A stretch of DNA of 64,000 nucleotides from Candidatus Binatia bacterium. GTDB lineage: Bacteria; Desulfobacterota; Binatia; HRBIN30. Of the stretch, positions 48,956-61,975 are shown in pieces. Numbering within the stretch: position 1 is the first letter of the stretch; the number at the start of each line of letters is the position of its first letter. Location of the stretch: contig JBBRSP010000013.1 of assembly GCA_038245295.1 (NCBI GenBank), positions 1 through 64,000 of the forward strand, given 5' to 3'. Position numbers and translations under genes: made by a program. The notes beneath the pieces are model-generated. The model was not told the DNA's origin, did no database searches, and was given only the letters and a program-made list of their open reading frames with translations.

Positions 48956-49270
48956 TCACGGGAACGGTGAATCGTCGTCGCGCCGCTGCGGCGACCGCGA
49001 CGGCGAAGATTGCCGCGGCGGCGACGATGGCGGCGGAGCCGAGTCACTTGGTGTGCGTTCGGGGACGACGAACAGGATGCAATCCGGATCCTTCTTGTCC
49101 GGCCGCTTGTTGTTGCTGAGCACCAGCAACCGCCCGCCGCGTTTGAGCAGCGCGACGGCGGCGTCGATGTTGTCCTCCTGCACCCGCCCCGAGAGATAGG
49201 GAGTATTGCCCTTCTGCGAAACGTTTTTCCACAACACCCCCAGCTTCACGCGCCCATCGGCGTAGTTCAT
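48956..49270 (-). CDS. Small phage-type ssDNA-binding-like protein (DUF736-like) with acidic DDDSPF tail
   Basis: GVLWKN...G..YLSG...PD, P/S-rich linker, C-terminal RDDDSPFP. GGAGG RBS. Confidence 0.6.
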   Translation of the reverse strand: MNYADGRVKLGVLWKNVSQKGNTPYLSGRVQEDNIDAAVALLKRGGRLLVLSNNKRPDKKDPDCILFVVPERTPSDSAPPPSSPPRQSSPSRSPQRRDDDSPFP

Positions 49271-49472
49271 CGCGACCTCCTTGCCGCGACACCAGCGCAA
49301 CATGCGTGCCGCCCCGGCCCGGACGATCAACAACGCCGCGCGGCAACGAACCTGTCGTCAGAGCGATAACCCGCGTGTGCTCACACTGAGTGGATGCGCC
49401 GCAGTCAGAGTTTCCTCTCCGACCGGAGTCGAAATCCTCGGTTGTGGGAGAGGGAGAGGGCCCGCATTGTTC

Positions 49473-49545
49473 CCCGTGCCCGCGCCCGCGCGAGAGGGAA
49501 TCGAATCCAGCCCGCTAAACACGGGCAAAGGCTCAGGCTCAGGCT
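49473..49545. repeat. GTGCCC/GGGCAC-type hexamer repeat cluster
   Basis: CCCGTGCCCGCGCCCGCGCG...ACGGGCAAAGGCTCAGGCTCAGGC. Similar runs near 27715-27747, 36821-36840, 50180-50205 and 55361-55428. Confidence 0.55.
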
Positions 49546-49572
49546 GGGGCAAGCAGGATTCCAGTGAGGGAC

Positions 49573-50094
49573 TCAATCCATCCAATCAAACGCCTCCTGG
49601 TGTCGCTCCGCCACTGGAATCCAGCGCTCGGTCATCGGCGTCACGACGGGCGCGGCGCCCATGACCAGCACAGAGACCGAACGCTGCCGCCCCGGATCAA
49701 GCTCGACCAGAAAGATGCGCTGCCAACGCCCGAGTTGAATCCGCCCGGCAACAATGTTGAGCGTCTCGGAAGTGCGCAGCATGAGCGCCTGACAATGCGC
49801 ATGGCCATTCGGACGCTCGCCGGGCGTCATGTTCACAGTGCGGACCGCGAAGTCGTCATGCCGATACGCCCGCGTCCCGGGCGCCAGACCAACCAGCGTC
49901 GACACCAGATCCTCCAGCAGCAACGGCTCGTCTTCATTGATCGCAATGGCGGCGGTGGTGTGCTGCGTCTGCACATTGACGATCCCCGTCTCAATGCCCG
50001 ACTGCTCAACCACCTCCTGCACCCGCCGCGTCAAGTCGATGAAGCGGCTGTCTCCATGAGTCTCAATTCGCAACATCCGGTTCGCTGTACGCAT
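49573..50094 (-). CDS. yjbQ: YjbQ (UPF0047) family protein
   Basis: [40 protein letters not shown]. Confidence 0.9.
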   Translation of the reverse strand: MRTANRMLRIETHGDSRFIDLTRRVQEVVEQSGIETGIVNVQTQHTTAAIAINEDEPLLLEDLVSTLVGLAPGTRAYRHDDFAVRTVNMTPGERPNGHAHCQALMLRTSETLNIVAGRIQLGRWQRIFLVELDPGRQRSVSVLVMGAAPVVTPMTERWIPVAERHQEAFDWMD

Positions 50095-50276
50095 CGCTCG
50101 ATCCTCCATGGCGCCGGTCCGTAGCCCGACGAAGTGCAAGGAGTGTGGAGCAATTGTGGCAATCCAGTGGCAAATGATCGTGCCCATGCCCGCGCGCGTG
50201 CCCGACATATGTGACGGCAGATGAGAAGCCACCTTGACTTCCCGCCGTTGACGGAGCAGTTTCGCCGTCTGTTCGC

Positions 50277-53132
<2,856 letters not shown>

Positions 53133-53314
53133 GCCGGCGCGGTACGGTTAGGCCTCCCGTGCCGCCCGAGCCAGCAGGCTCGACCGCGACAGCTTCAGCT
53201 TGCGGGCGCACGCATCCACTTCGGAGCATGCGTCGTCCCGGCCTTCGAGACTGACGATTTTCTATACGATGCTCGGCATAGTGCGGAACGGCGGAATCTG
53301 GTTGAAGGCTGCCG

Positions 53315-54535
53315 ATGGATGCATTGTTCAAGGAGCTCGGCCGTACGGTATTGCAGCAGTGGAAGGGACAGAACTTCTCGCTCGCCAGCTTTCCCGGGAT
53401 CGCCCGTGCGGCGCTCGAGGCGCGGCCGCCGTCGAAGCATGGGGATCTCGCGGCGTTTACACGCGACTTCCTGATCAACGAAGAGCAGCCGTTTCAGACG
53501 CAGTCGGGCTTTGGCCAGCCGGAGCTGGTGGTGTTCGATCACCCGCGGTTCTTCATTCAGGTGTTGTTCTGGTTGGATGGGACGACGGACATCCACCAGC
53601 ACGAGTTCAGCGGCGCCTTCCATGTGATGCGCGGGTCGAGCATCCACGCGCAGTTCGAGTTCGCGAAGGTGAAGCCGGTGACGTCGCACTTTCGCCTCGG
53701 CGACGTGCGGATGAAATCGATCGAGCTGCTGCCGACGGGTCGCACCGTGCCGATCATCTCGGGGCCAGGCGGTATCCATTCTTTGTTTCACCTCGATACG
53801 CCGTCGGTCACCGTCGTCGTGCGCACGCAGAACGATCCGGGGACGGGTCCACAGTTCAACTATCTGCCGCCGCATGTCGCCGTCGACCCGATCTACTATG
53901 ACGCTCTGACGGCGCGGCGCCGACAGGTGCTCGATGTGCTCGAGCAGATCGAGGATCCAACGTACGCGGACCTCGTGATAGAGATGCTGGACGACCTGGA
54001 TCTCGAGCGCGGCTTTTTCATTCTGCAGCACGCCATGGGGCATCTGCGGGAGCTCGACGAGTGGGACCGGGCCCTAGCCATCTTCCAGAAGAAACACGGT
54101 GCCCTCGCCGCCGGCATTGCCGCGACGCTGGAGGAAGTCGTGCGCCGCGATACCATCGCCGGACTGCGCAGCAGTATCGCCGACCCGGAGCACCGCTTCT
54201 TCCTCGCGCTGCTATTGAACGTGCCGAGTCGCGCCGATCTGCTGGAACTGGTGGCGCAGCGTTTCCCCGAGATTCCGTCCGTCGATACGGTGCTCCGCTG
54301 GGCGGATGAGCTGAGCTACGTTACCGATACCGGCGTGGCGATTCTGGATGCTCAGTTCCCCGAGGAGTTCGGCATCCCGAGCGAGCAACAGCCGGACCTG
54401 TTCGTCGGCGCGCTTCGGTATTTCCTGGGCGGCGCGAAGGAAGCTCCTACGAGACCGGGCGGGCTATCGGTGAGGCAGCTAAAGCAATTGCGCGAGATCC
54501 TGGCGGCGACCAGTTTACGCGTTCTCGTTTCCTGA
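53315..54535 (+). CDS. Hypothetical protein with N-terminal cupin (cysteine-dioxygenase-like) metal motif
   Basis: TTDIHQHEFSGAFHVMRG...GGIHSLFH followed by a helical C-terminal half. Confidence 0.65.
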   Translation: MDALFKELGRTVLQQWKGQNFSLASFPGIARAALEARPPSKHGDLAAFTRDFLINEEQPFQTQSGFGQPELVVFDHPRFFIQVLFWLDGTTDIHQHEFSGAFHVMRGSSIHAQFEFAKVKPVTSHFRLGDVRMKSIELLPTGRTVPIISGPGGIHSLFHLDTPSVTVVVRTQNDPGTGPQFNYLPPHVAVDPIYYDALTARRRQVLDVLEQIEDPTYADLVIEMLDDLDLERGFFILQHAMGHLRELDEWDRALAIFQKKHGALAAGIAATLEEVVRRDTIAGLRSSIADPEHRFFLALLLNVPSRADLLELVAQRFPEIPSVDTVLRWADELSYVTDTGVAILDAQFPEEFGIPSEQQPDLFVGALRYFLGGAKEAPTRPGGLSVRQLKQLREILAATSLRVLVS

Positions 54536-54563
54536 AGTTGTCTGCGCTTCTGCGTCTCCGCGG

Positions 54564-55352
54564 TTATTCCTTGTTGAGAGATGCGCGTCGGGTCTTCGCC
54601 GGTCGTACTCGTGAGGGCGCCGCGTCCAACTCGGGATAGTGTCTAAAGATGCCCATCTGGTTGAACGGTTGGCGGCGCTGCGAGTTGACGTAGCGTGCGA
54701 CGCGTGGCCGCGACGCAACTCGGTCGTGCAGCGCGATCAGCCGCGGAACCGAGGGTTCGAGAGTTTTGAGTGCGTTCGGGAAGGCGTACCGCAGGCCTTC
54801 GACAACCTGGAACGCCGACAGGTCGGCGTAGGTGCAGGTCTCGCCGACGAGCCAATGACCGTCGCTCTTGCGGTTGCGTTCCAGGATCTTTTCGAGCCAG
54901 CCGAGATACTTCGACATGCGCTCCTTGACGAAGTGGCGGGCCCGCCGCTTGGCTGCGGGCTTTTGATCTTCGTAGTAGAGGCTCGAGTCAATCGGATGAT
55001 GCGTGTCGTGGACCTCGTCCACAAAGTCCGCCAGCGTGAGCTGGATCTGCTGCGCCTCGGCGCCCTCGGCTTTATCGTCGGGGGGTAGGTGTAGGTGCTT
55101 TGCCAGAAAGGCCAGGATGTGCGCCGTTTGTGACACGATGATGTCACCAACCTTGACGAACGGCGGTGCCAACGGCAGCGCCCCCGGCTCTTCGCCGCCG
55201 AGGACGCGAAGCATGTGGGCCATGCCGGTGGCCGCATGCGCGACGTCGACATAAGCGGCGCCGGCGTCTTCCAGCAACAGACGTACGAACTCACCGCGTC
55301 CTTGAATACCGGGCCAGTAGTAAAGCTCGATCGGGTCTACCTGCTTGTCCAT
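54564..55352 (-). CDS. Glutathione S-transferase
   Basis: LYYWPGIQGRGEFVRL, APPF, SQTAHIL, HDTHHP, TYADLS. Confidence 0.92.
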   Translation of the reverse strand: MDKQVDPIELYYWPGIQGRGEFVRLLLEDAGAAYVDVAHAATGMAHMLRVLGGEEPGALPLAPPFVKVGDIIVSQTAHILAFLAKHLHLPPDDKAEGAEAQQIQLTLADFVDEVHDTHHPIDSSLYYEDQKPAAKRRARHFVKERMSKYLGWLEKILERNRKSDGHWLVGETCTYADLSAFQVVEGLRYAFPNALKTLEPSVPRLIALHDRVASRPRVARYVNSQRRQPFNQMGIFRHYPELDAAPSRVRPAKTRRASLNKE

Positions 55353-55442
55353 CGTACTCTCCCGTGTCCGTGCCCGGCTCTTGGCTGACCATCCAGTGGT
55401 GTCGGACACGCGCGCGGGCGCGGGCGCGACAGCAGTGAACCA

Positions 55443-56876
55443 TCACAGACCATATGTCTCGAGTAAGCGCAGCCATACCTCGCTGATTGTTGGATACGAG
55501 GGCACGGCGTGCCACAGGCGGTCGAGGGGGACTTCCCCGACGATGGCGACGGTGCCGGCGTGGATCAGCTCGCCAACCGCTTTGCCGACGAGAGTCATGC
55601 CGACGATGACGTGTCGTTGCTCATCGACCACCATCCGCGCCTGTCCGCGGTACTTGTCGGCATAGAGGCTGGCGCCGGCGACATGACCGATGTTGTAGTC
55701 GACGCTGCGCACATTCATGCCGCGCTGGCGGGCCTGGGCCTCGGTGAGTCCGACGGCGGCGATCTCGGGATCGGTGAAGATGACCTGCGGCACGGCGTGC
55801 AGGTTGGCCGAGGCGGTATACCGCGTCCAGGCGGTCTTGGCCTCCGCCTCAGGGCGACCGGCGGCGCGTGCCGCGATCGTATCGCCGCAGATGCGCGCCT
55901 GATACTTGCCCATATGGGTCAGCAGGGCGCGGTGGTTCACATCGCCGGCCGCATAGAGCCATCCGGCAGCCACCCCTTCGACGCGCATGCTGTCGTCGAC
56001 ATCGAGCCAGCTGCCGGGTTTCAGACCGACGCTCTCGAGTCCCAGCCGCTCTGTGCGCGGCGCGCGGCCTGTCGCCACGAGAACCTCGTCGGCTTCAATC
56101 GTCTCGCCGGATTCGAGTGTCAGTCGAACTGTTCCGTCGCCGCGTCGTTCGACGCGCGAGGTGTTTGCATCGGTGAGGACGCGGACGCCGCCTTGTTCGA
56201 GTGCCGCGCGCAGAGCCTCGCCGGCAAACGGTTCGTTACCCGGAATCAGTCGAGGGCCGCGTTGCACGATGGTGACGCTTTGGCTGCCGAGTTGGCTCCA
56301 GGCTGTTGCCATTTCGCAGGCGACGACGCCACCGCCGAGAATCACCAGCCGTGGGGGTGCGGTCGAGGCACTGGTGGCTTCGCGGCTGGTCCACGGTCGT
56401 GCTTCGGCGAGGCCCGGAATCGGCGGAATGGCCGCCGTGCTGCCGGTGCAGATCGCCACGGCGTGGCGCGCCGTCAGCATGCGTTCACCGCTCTCACTCA
56501 GGACCTCGACACGACGTTCGCCGGCCAGGCGAGCGAAGCCGCGCACCAGGTCAATCTTCTGTTCCGTGAGCCAGCGAACTTGCCCGGCGTCGTCCCAGTG
56601 TGCGGTGAACGCGTTGCGGCGATGCAGAATGGCGGCGATGTCGGGTGGCGATGTCACCGCGGCGCGGGCGCCGGCCACAGCGCGTGCGTCGGCCAGTGCG
56701 TGCAGGGGCCGCAGCAATGCCTTGCTCGGCATGCAGGCCCAATACGAACAGTCGCCGCCGACGCGTTCGGCTTCGACGACGACGGCAGTGAGGCCGCCTT
56801 TGACGGCGCGATCCGCGACGACCTCACCGGTTGAGCCAGCGCCGATGACAATGACGTCGTAGTCCTGGGGAGTCAT
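55443..56876 (-). CDS. Pyridine nucleotide-disulfide oxidoreductase (Lpd/MerA family)
   Basis: IGAGSTG, redox-active GGDCSYWACMPSK, GGGVVACE, YAAGD, VIFTDPE. Confidence 0.92.
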   Translation of the reverse strand: MTPQDYDVIVIGAGSTGEVVADRAVKGGLTAVVVEAERVGGDCSYWACMPSKALLRPLHALADARAVAGARAAVTSPPDIAAILHRRNAFTAHWDDAGQVRWLTEQKIDLVRGFARLAGERRVEVLSESGERMLTARHAVAICTGSTAAIPPIPGLAEARPWTSREATSASTAPPRLVILGGGVVACEMATAWSQLGSQSVTIVQRGPRLIPGNEPFAGEALRAALEQGGVRVLTDANTSRVERRGDGTVRLTLESGETIEADEVLVATGRAPRTERLGLESVGLKPGSWLDVDDSMRVEGVAAGWLYAAGDVNHRALLTHMGKYQARICGDTIAARAAGRPEAEAKTAWTRYTASANLHAVPQVIFTDPEIAAVGLTEAQARQRGMNVRSVDYNIGHVAGASLYADKYRGQARMVVDEQRHVIVGMTLVGKAVGELIHAGTVAIVGEVPLDRLWHAVPSYPTISEVWLRLLETYGL

Positions 56877-56963
56877 GCGCCGAACGCTACTGGCACGACG
56901 GGTGTCCTTCAATGTTCAAACTGCGAATTCCTCAATGACTCGAAAAGCAATGCATGGAGTAAG

Positions 56964-57151
56964 GGTAGGGTCTCAATTTCGGATCCACGCCCGCCGATGG
57001 TCTCTAATCGTAGCGCGCCACTCCGTGGCGCCCGGAGACGGAACCTTACTCTACGGGTTTGGATTCCAGCGATGGGCGCCACGGAGTGGCGCGCTCCGCG
57101 ATGGGAGCCACCGCCCGCCAGCCGCCAGATAGGTCAAACTGAGACACTACC
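56964..57151. mobile_element. 188-bp MITE with IS1-like terminal inverted repeats and an 8-bp target-site duplication, carrying a REP doublet
   Basis: TIRs GGTAGGGTCTCAATTT / AAACTGAGACACTACC (14/16 match). Flanks GGAGTAAG (56956-56963) and GGAGTACG (57152-57159). Internal inverted REPs at 57010-57033 and 57074-57097. Confidence 0.75.
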
Positions 57152-57228
57152 GGAGTACGGCGTTGAAGCGCATTCCCTGCGGGTCCAGTTTCTTACCAAA
57201 GTCGGGTTGACTCAGCCCCGTTCGGGTA

Positions 57229-57253
57229 ATACTAGACTAAATAGGTCGGAATT
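57229..57253 (+). promoter_or_regulatory. IscR type-1-like operator upstream of iscS
   Basis: ATACTAGACTAAATAGGTCGGAATT matches 19/25 positions of ATASYYGACTRWWWYAGTCRRSTAT. TTGACT at 57207-57212. Confidence 0.6.
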
Positions 57254-57309
57254 AATGGGTATGAGGCAATCGCGGCCCTGCCCGCGTTGTGGATCAGGAG
57301 AGCTAGCAA

Positions 57310-58527
57310 ATGAAACGCGTCGTTTACATGGACAATCACGCCACCACGCCAATGGATCCGCGCGTGTTGGAGGCCATGTTGCCCTATTTTACCGAGAAGT
57401 TCGGCAATTCAGCCAGTCGCAACCACCAATTCGGCTGGGATGCCGAGGCGGGCGTCGACAAAGCCCGCGAGCAGATCGCCCAGCTCATCAACGCCAAGTC
57501 GAAAGAAATCGTCTTCACCAGCGGCGCCACCGAATCAGACAACCTTGCCATCAAGGGCGTTGCCGAGTTCTACAAGGAAAAGGGCGACCACATCATTACG
57601 GCCACGACGGAGCACAAGGCCGTCCTCGATACCTGCAAGGCCCTCGAACGGACCGGCAAGGCGCGGGTCACCTACCTCGAGGTCGACAAGACCGGCGCGA
57701 TCGACCCCGACGACGTTCGCAAAGCAATCACCGACAAGACCGTCCTGGTCTCGATCATGTCGGCCAATAACGAGATCGGCACCCTCCATCCGCTGCGCGA
57801 GATCGGCAAGATCACCAAAGAGAAGGGTGTTCTCTTCCACACCGACGCCACCCAGAGCGTCGGTAAGCTCCCCGTCGATGTGGATGCCTTGGGTATCGAC
57901 CTGATGTCGTTCACGGCGCACAAGATCTACGGTCCGAAAGGCTGCGGCGCGCTGTATGTCCGCTCTAAGGGGCCGCGCGTCCGCCTGACCCCGCAGATGG
58001 ATGGCGGCGGTCACGAGCGTGGCATGCGCTCCGGAACACTCAATGTCCCGGGCATCGTCGGTCTCGGCGCGGCCTGCGAGATCGCCGACAGCGAAATGGC
58101 AGCCGATACCGCTCATACTCTGGCACTGCGTCAGCGGTTGCACACGGGCTTGTTTGGACAGCTCGACGAGCTCTACCTCAACGGCCACCCGACCGAGCGT
58201 CTTCCCGGCAACCTCAATGTCAGCTTTGCCTACGTCGAAGGCGAGTCGCTGTTGATGGGTCTCAAGGACATCGCCGTTTCCTCCGGCTCGGCCTGCACCT
58301 CGGCGACCCTCGAACCGTCGTATGTTCTACGCGCTCTGGGTGTCGGCGAGGATCTGGCCCACACGTCGATCCGCTTCGGCCTCGGGCGTTTCAATACGGA
58401 AGAAGAAGTCGACTACGTCGTCGAGCGCGTCGTGCACGAAGTACGGCGGCTGCGTGACATGTCGCCGCTCTACGAGATGGCTAAAGAAGGCATCGACATC
58501 AAAACGTACAACTGGGTGCGCGAGTAA
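57310..58527 (+). CDS. iscS: Cysteine desulfurase
   Basis: [40 protein letters not shown]. Confidence 0.98.
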   Translation: MKRVVYMDNHATTPMDPRVLEAMLPYFTEKFGNSASRNHQFGWDAEAGVDKAREQIAQLINAKSKEIVFTSGATESDNLAIKGVAEFYKEKGDHIITATTEHKAVLDTCKALERTGKARVTYLEVDKTGAIDPDDVRKAITDKTVLVSIMSANNEIGTLHPLREIGKITKEKGVLFHTDATQSVGKLPVDVDALGIDLMSFTAHKIYGPKGCGALYVRSKGPRVRLTPQMDGGGHERGMRSGTLNVPGIVGLGAACEIADSEMAADTAHTLALRQRLHTGLFGQLDELYLNGHPTERLPGNLNVSFAYVEGESLLMGLKDIAVSSGSACTSATLEPSYVLRALGVGEDLAHTSIRFGLGRFNTEEEVDYVVERVVHEVRRLRDMSPLYEMAKEGIDIKTYNWVRE

Positions 58528-58559
58528 CGCACTCTGCGTCTTAGGCGAGGAGGTCTCTC

Positions 58560-58973
58560 ATGGCATACAGCGACAAGGTCATCGATCACTACGAGAACCC
58601 GCGTAACGTTGGTTCATTCGACAAGGACGAAGACAACATCGGCACCGGTGTCGTCGGCGCGCCGGAATGCGGCGACGTGATGAAGTTGCAGCTCAAGATC
58701 ACCAACGAGGGCGTCATCGAAGATGCCAAGTTCAAGACCTTCGGCTGCGGCAGCGCCATCGCCAGCTCGAGTTATGTGACCGAGCTGATCAAGGGCAAGA
58801 CCCTCGATCAGGCGCTCGACATCAAGAACACCCACATCGTCGAGGAGCTCAGCCTGCCGCCGGTCAAGATCCACTGCTCGGTGCTTGCCGAGGACGCGAT
58901 CAAGGCGGCGATCAGCGACTGGAAGAAACGTAAAGGCGCTGCCGAGCCGCAGAAAAAGGCCGTCAACGAGTAA
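58560..58973 (+). CDS. iscU: Fe-S scaffold protein
   Basis: MAYSDKVIDHYENPRNVG, CGDVM, FGCGSA, LPPVKIHC. Confidence 0.99.
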   Translation: MAYSDKVIDHYENPRNVGSFDKDEDNIGTGVVGAPECGDVMKLQLKITNEGVIEDAKFKTFGCGSAIASSSYVTELIKGKTLDQALDIKNTHIVEELSLPPVKIHCSVLAEDAIKAAISDWKKRKGAAEPQKKAVNE

Positions 58974-58984
58974 GAGGTTCGCGC

Positions 58985-59308
58985 GTGGCTATTTCCCTGT
59001 CAGAAAACGCTGTGACCAAGATCCGCAGCCTGCGTGCCGCCAGCGACAAGCCCGAGGCGGGTTTGCGCGTCAAGGTTGTGGGCGGCGGCTGCTCCGGTCT
59101 ACAGTACAAGATGGATCTCGACATCGAACGAACCGGCGACAAGATCTTCGGCGAAGGCGACGCCAAGATCATCGTCGACCGTAAGAGCTTTCTGTATCTC
59201 AATGGCACCGAGCTCGACTACAACGATGGCCTGATGCAGTCGGGATTCACGTTGAGTAACCCCAACGTCAAACGCTCCTGCGGTTGCGGCCAGTCGTTTA
59301 CGGTTTAG
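58985..59308 (+). CDS. iscA: A-type Fe-S carrier
   Basis: GGCSG, NPN...CGCGQSF. Confidence 0.96.
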   Translation: MAISLSENAVTKIRSLRAASDKPEAGLRVKVVGGGCSGLQYKMDLDIERTGDKIFGEGDAKIIVDRKSFLYLNGTELDYNDGLMQSGFTLSNPNVKRSCGCGQSFTV

Positions 59309-59339
59309 CGGCGGCTTCGGCGCGTCGCGGTCGATTGTG

Positions 59340-59891
59340 ATGAACTCGGTAGATCATTTCCAGGTCCTAGGCTTACCCCGTTCGCCGGTTGTGGACGACG
59401 CATCCCTGAAGCGGGCCTACTACGACCTGAATCGTCGCCTGCACCCGGATAGACACCAAACCGGCTCGGCCGCGGTGCAAGAAGAGAGTCTGCAGAACAC
59501 CGCCGCCGTCAACGATGCCTACCGCACCTTGCGCGATCCGATCGAACGCGGCCTCTATTGGTTGTCGCTTCACGGGGAGAACCTTGGCGCCAACAACAAC
59601 CGCGTGCCGCCCGAGTTGGCGGCTCTGGTGTTTGAGGTCCAGGAGCAGCTCGAGGAGATACGCGACACGCGGCGCAGCGGCAAACTCGCCGAGGTGACGG
59701 CGCTGCAGGCGGCGCGCGACGATATCGTGGAACGTTGTGCGGTGCTAGAAATCCGTCTGCAAGAAAACTTCCGCTTGTGGGATACGGGCGGGGACGCCGC
59801 CCCATTGCTTGCCGATCTGAAGTCGATTCTCTCGGCGCTGGCGTATCTCAATACCCTGCTGCGCGATGTCGATCTGGTTTTGGAGAAGTAA
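59340..59891 (+). CDS. hscB: Fe-S co-chaperone
   Basis: J-domain HPD, NDAYRTLRDP..R..Y. Operon position. Confidence 0.93.
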   Translation: MNSVDHFQVLGLPRSPVVDDASLKRAYYDLNRRLHPDRHQTGSAAVQEESLQNTAAVNDAYRTLRDPIERGLYWLSLHGENLGANNNRVPPELAALVFEVQEQLEEIRDTRRSGKLAEVTALQAARDDIVERCAVLEIRLQENFRLWDTGGDAAPLLADLKSILSALAYLNTLLRDVDLVLEK

Positions 59892-61699
59892 TGGAACGAA
59901 TTTACGGCATCGATCTCGGAACGACGAACAGCCTGATCGCCTATGCGGACAAGGACGGGCTGCATGTCGTGCGCGATCCGCAGACTGGGTCCGCCTTGTT
60001 GCCATCGGTTGTTTCCTTCCTGAGTGCGGAGGATTGTGTCGTCGGTGCAGCCGCCAAAGCCCGTGCTTCAGAGCACGCGCTGGAAACCATCGCCTCAGTG
60101 AAACGCTTCATGGGGCTCGGCATGGAGCATGTGAGCGAAGCTGATCGCGGCCAGTTTGCGTTTGCGCCGGAGTCCAAATCGGGCATCGTGCGCTTTCGTG
60201 TGCACGGCCGCGATTTCACGGCGCCCGAAATCTCCGCCTACATCCTCAAAGCTCTCAAGCAGCGGGTCAAGGATGTTCTCGGTGAAGACGTCGTGCGGGT
60301 CGTCGTCACCGTGCCAGCTTACTTCAATGACAGCCAACGCCAGGCGACGCGTGACGCCGGGCGACTCGCCGGACTCGAAGTCCTGCGGTTGGTGAATGAG
60401 CCAACCGCCGCGTCACTGGCCTACGGGTTGGATCAGCGCCACGATGGCACCGTCGCCGTCTACGACCTCGGTGGCGGCACGTTTGATATTTCAATCCTTA
60501 AGTTGCACGAAGGCATCTTCGAAGTCCTCGCGACCAACGGCGACACGCGTTTGGGTGGCGACGACATCGATAGGGTCATCGCTCAGTTGCTGGTGGACAA
60601 ACTAAGCGCTGAACAGCGCAGCCACCCGGAGATTTTGCGCAGCGCTCTCGCCGCGGCGGAAGCCGCCAAGGTGCGATTGTCCGACGCCGAATCGACGACC
60701 CTCGGGTTCACCTACGACGGAGTCCGTGTCGAACGAACCCTGACACGTGCCGAGTTCGAGACGCTCATCTCACCGATCGTCGAGCGCTCGTTGGCCCCCT
60801 GTCGGCAAGCCCTCAAGGACGCCGGACTCAAGCCACAGGATCTCGATGAGGTTGTGTTGGTCGGCGGCTCGACGCGAACGCCCTTGGTGCGCCGGCTCGT
60901 CGAAGAGTTCTTTGGCCGCAAACCGCATGTGGAGCTCAATCCCGACGAAGTCGTGGCGCTCGGTGCTGCGGTTCAGGCGGGTGTGCTGTCAGGCGCCAAC
61001 AAGGACCTTTTGCTGCTCGATGTCGTGCCGCTGTCGCTCGGGATCGAGACTGTCGGTGGCGTTATGGAGCGCATCATCGATCGCAATACGACGATCCCAG
61101 CCATCCTACGACAAGAGTTTACGACTTTTGTGGACGATCAGACGGCCGTCGACTTTCATGTCCTGCAGGGCGAGCGCGAGCTCGTGCAGGACAACCGCAG
61201 CCTGGCGCGTTTCAAACTGCGTGGATTGCATCCACAACCTGCCGGTCTGCCGCGGATCGAAGTTACCTTCATGATCGACGCCAACGGCATCCTTAATGTG
61301 ACGGCCCGCGATAAGGCGACCGGACACGAGCAGTCGATCGACGTCAAGCCGTCGTATGGTCTGACCGACGAAGTCGTCGAGCAGATGCTCGAGGAGTCCT
61401 TCGACCATGCCGAGGACGATGTGGCGGCTCGTCTACTCATCGAAGCGCGCAATGACGCCGACGGAATCCTGCGCGCGGCGCGCAAGCAGATGGCCGAGTA
61501 CTCGCCGCCACCGGCGGAGCAGCAGGGCATCGATGCCGCGATTGCCATTTTGGAAGAGGCGATGCGGGGGACCGACTACAATCATATTCGCGACCTCACC
61601 GATGAGCTCAAAAAGGTGACCGAGCCGCTGGCGCATCGGATCATGGAGTCGGCGATCAAGTTGGCGGTCGAGCACAAAAACATTGCGGACGTCGTGTGA
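59891..61699 (+). CDS. hscA: Fe-S chaperone Hsp70
   Basis: GIDLGTTNS, TVPAYF, YDLGGGTFD, VKPSYGL (HscA-type). Follows hscB. Confidence 0.95.
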   Translation: MERIYGIDLGTTNSLIAYADKDGLHVVRDPQTGSALLPSVVSFLSAEDCVVGAAAKARASEHALETIASVKRFMGLGMEHVSEADRGQFAFAPESKSGIVRFRVHGRDFTAPEISAYILKALKQRVKDVLGEDVVRVVVTVPAYFNDSQRQATRDAGRLAGLEVLRLVNEPTAASLAYGLDQRHDGTVAVYDLGGGTFDISILKLHEGIFEVLATNGDTRLGGDDIDRVIAQLLVDKLSAEQRSHPEILRSALAAAEAAKVRLSDAESTTLGFTYDGVRVERTLTRAEFETLISPIVERSLAPCRQALKDAGLKPQDLDEVVLVGGSTRTPLVRRLVEEFFGRKPHVELNPDEVVALGAAVQAGVLSGANKDLLLLDVVPLSLGIETVGGVMERIIDRNTTIPAILRQEFTTFVDDQTAVDFHVLQGERELVQDNRSLARFKLRGLHPQPAGLPRIEVTFMIDANGILNVTARDKATGHEQSIDVKPSYGLTDEVVEQMLEESFDHAEDDVAARLLIEARNDADGILRAARKQMAEYSPPPAEQQGIDAAIAILEEAMRGTDYNHIRDLTDELKKVTEPLAHRIMESAIKLAVEHKNIADVV

Positions 61700-61736
61700 A
61701 GAGGCTGGGTGACCCGCACCGTCAGGGAGTCGAAGC

Positions 61737-61949
61737 ATGGGATTGAAGTGGACCGATACGTTGGACCTCGCCATCGACCTCCTGGAAGAACATCCGGACG
61801 TCGATCCCCTCAAGGTGCGGTTTACCGATTTGCACAAGTGGGTGACGGAGTTGCCCAAGTTTGACGACGACCCGAAGGCCTCCAACGAGAAAAAACTCGA
61901 AGCGGTTCAAATGGCCTGGTGGGAAGAGTACAAGGACAGTCGGGAGTAG
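61737..61949 (+). CDS. iscX: Fe-S assembly protein IscX
   Basis: MGLKWTD...HPDVDP..VRFTDLH.WV..LP.FDDDP..SNEK.LEA. Confidence 0.96.
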   Translation: MGLKWTDTLDLAIDLLEEHPDVDPLKVRFTDLHKWVTELPKFDDDPKASNEKKLEAVQMAWWEEYKDSRE

Positions 61950-61975
61950 CTGTTCTTGTTGGAAAGATTAGACCA

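Noticed and set aside
50245..50276. Possible LexA box upstream of uvrA (GTTT-N8-GTTC)
   Set aside because: Spacing and sequence do not match the LexA motifs I know well enough.
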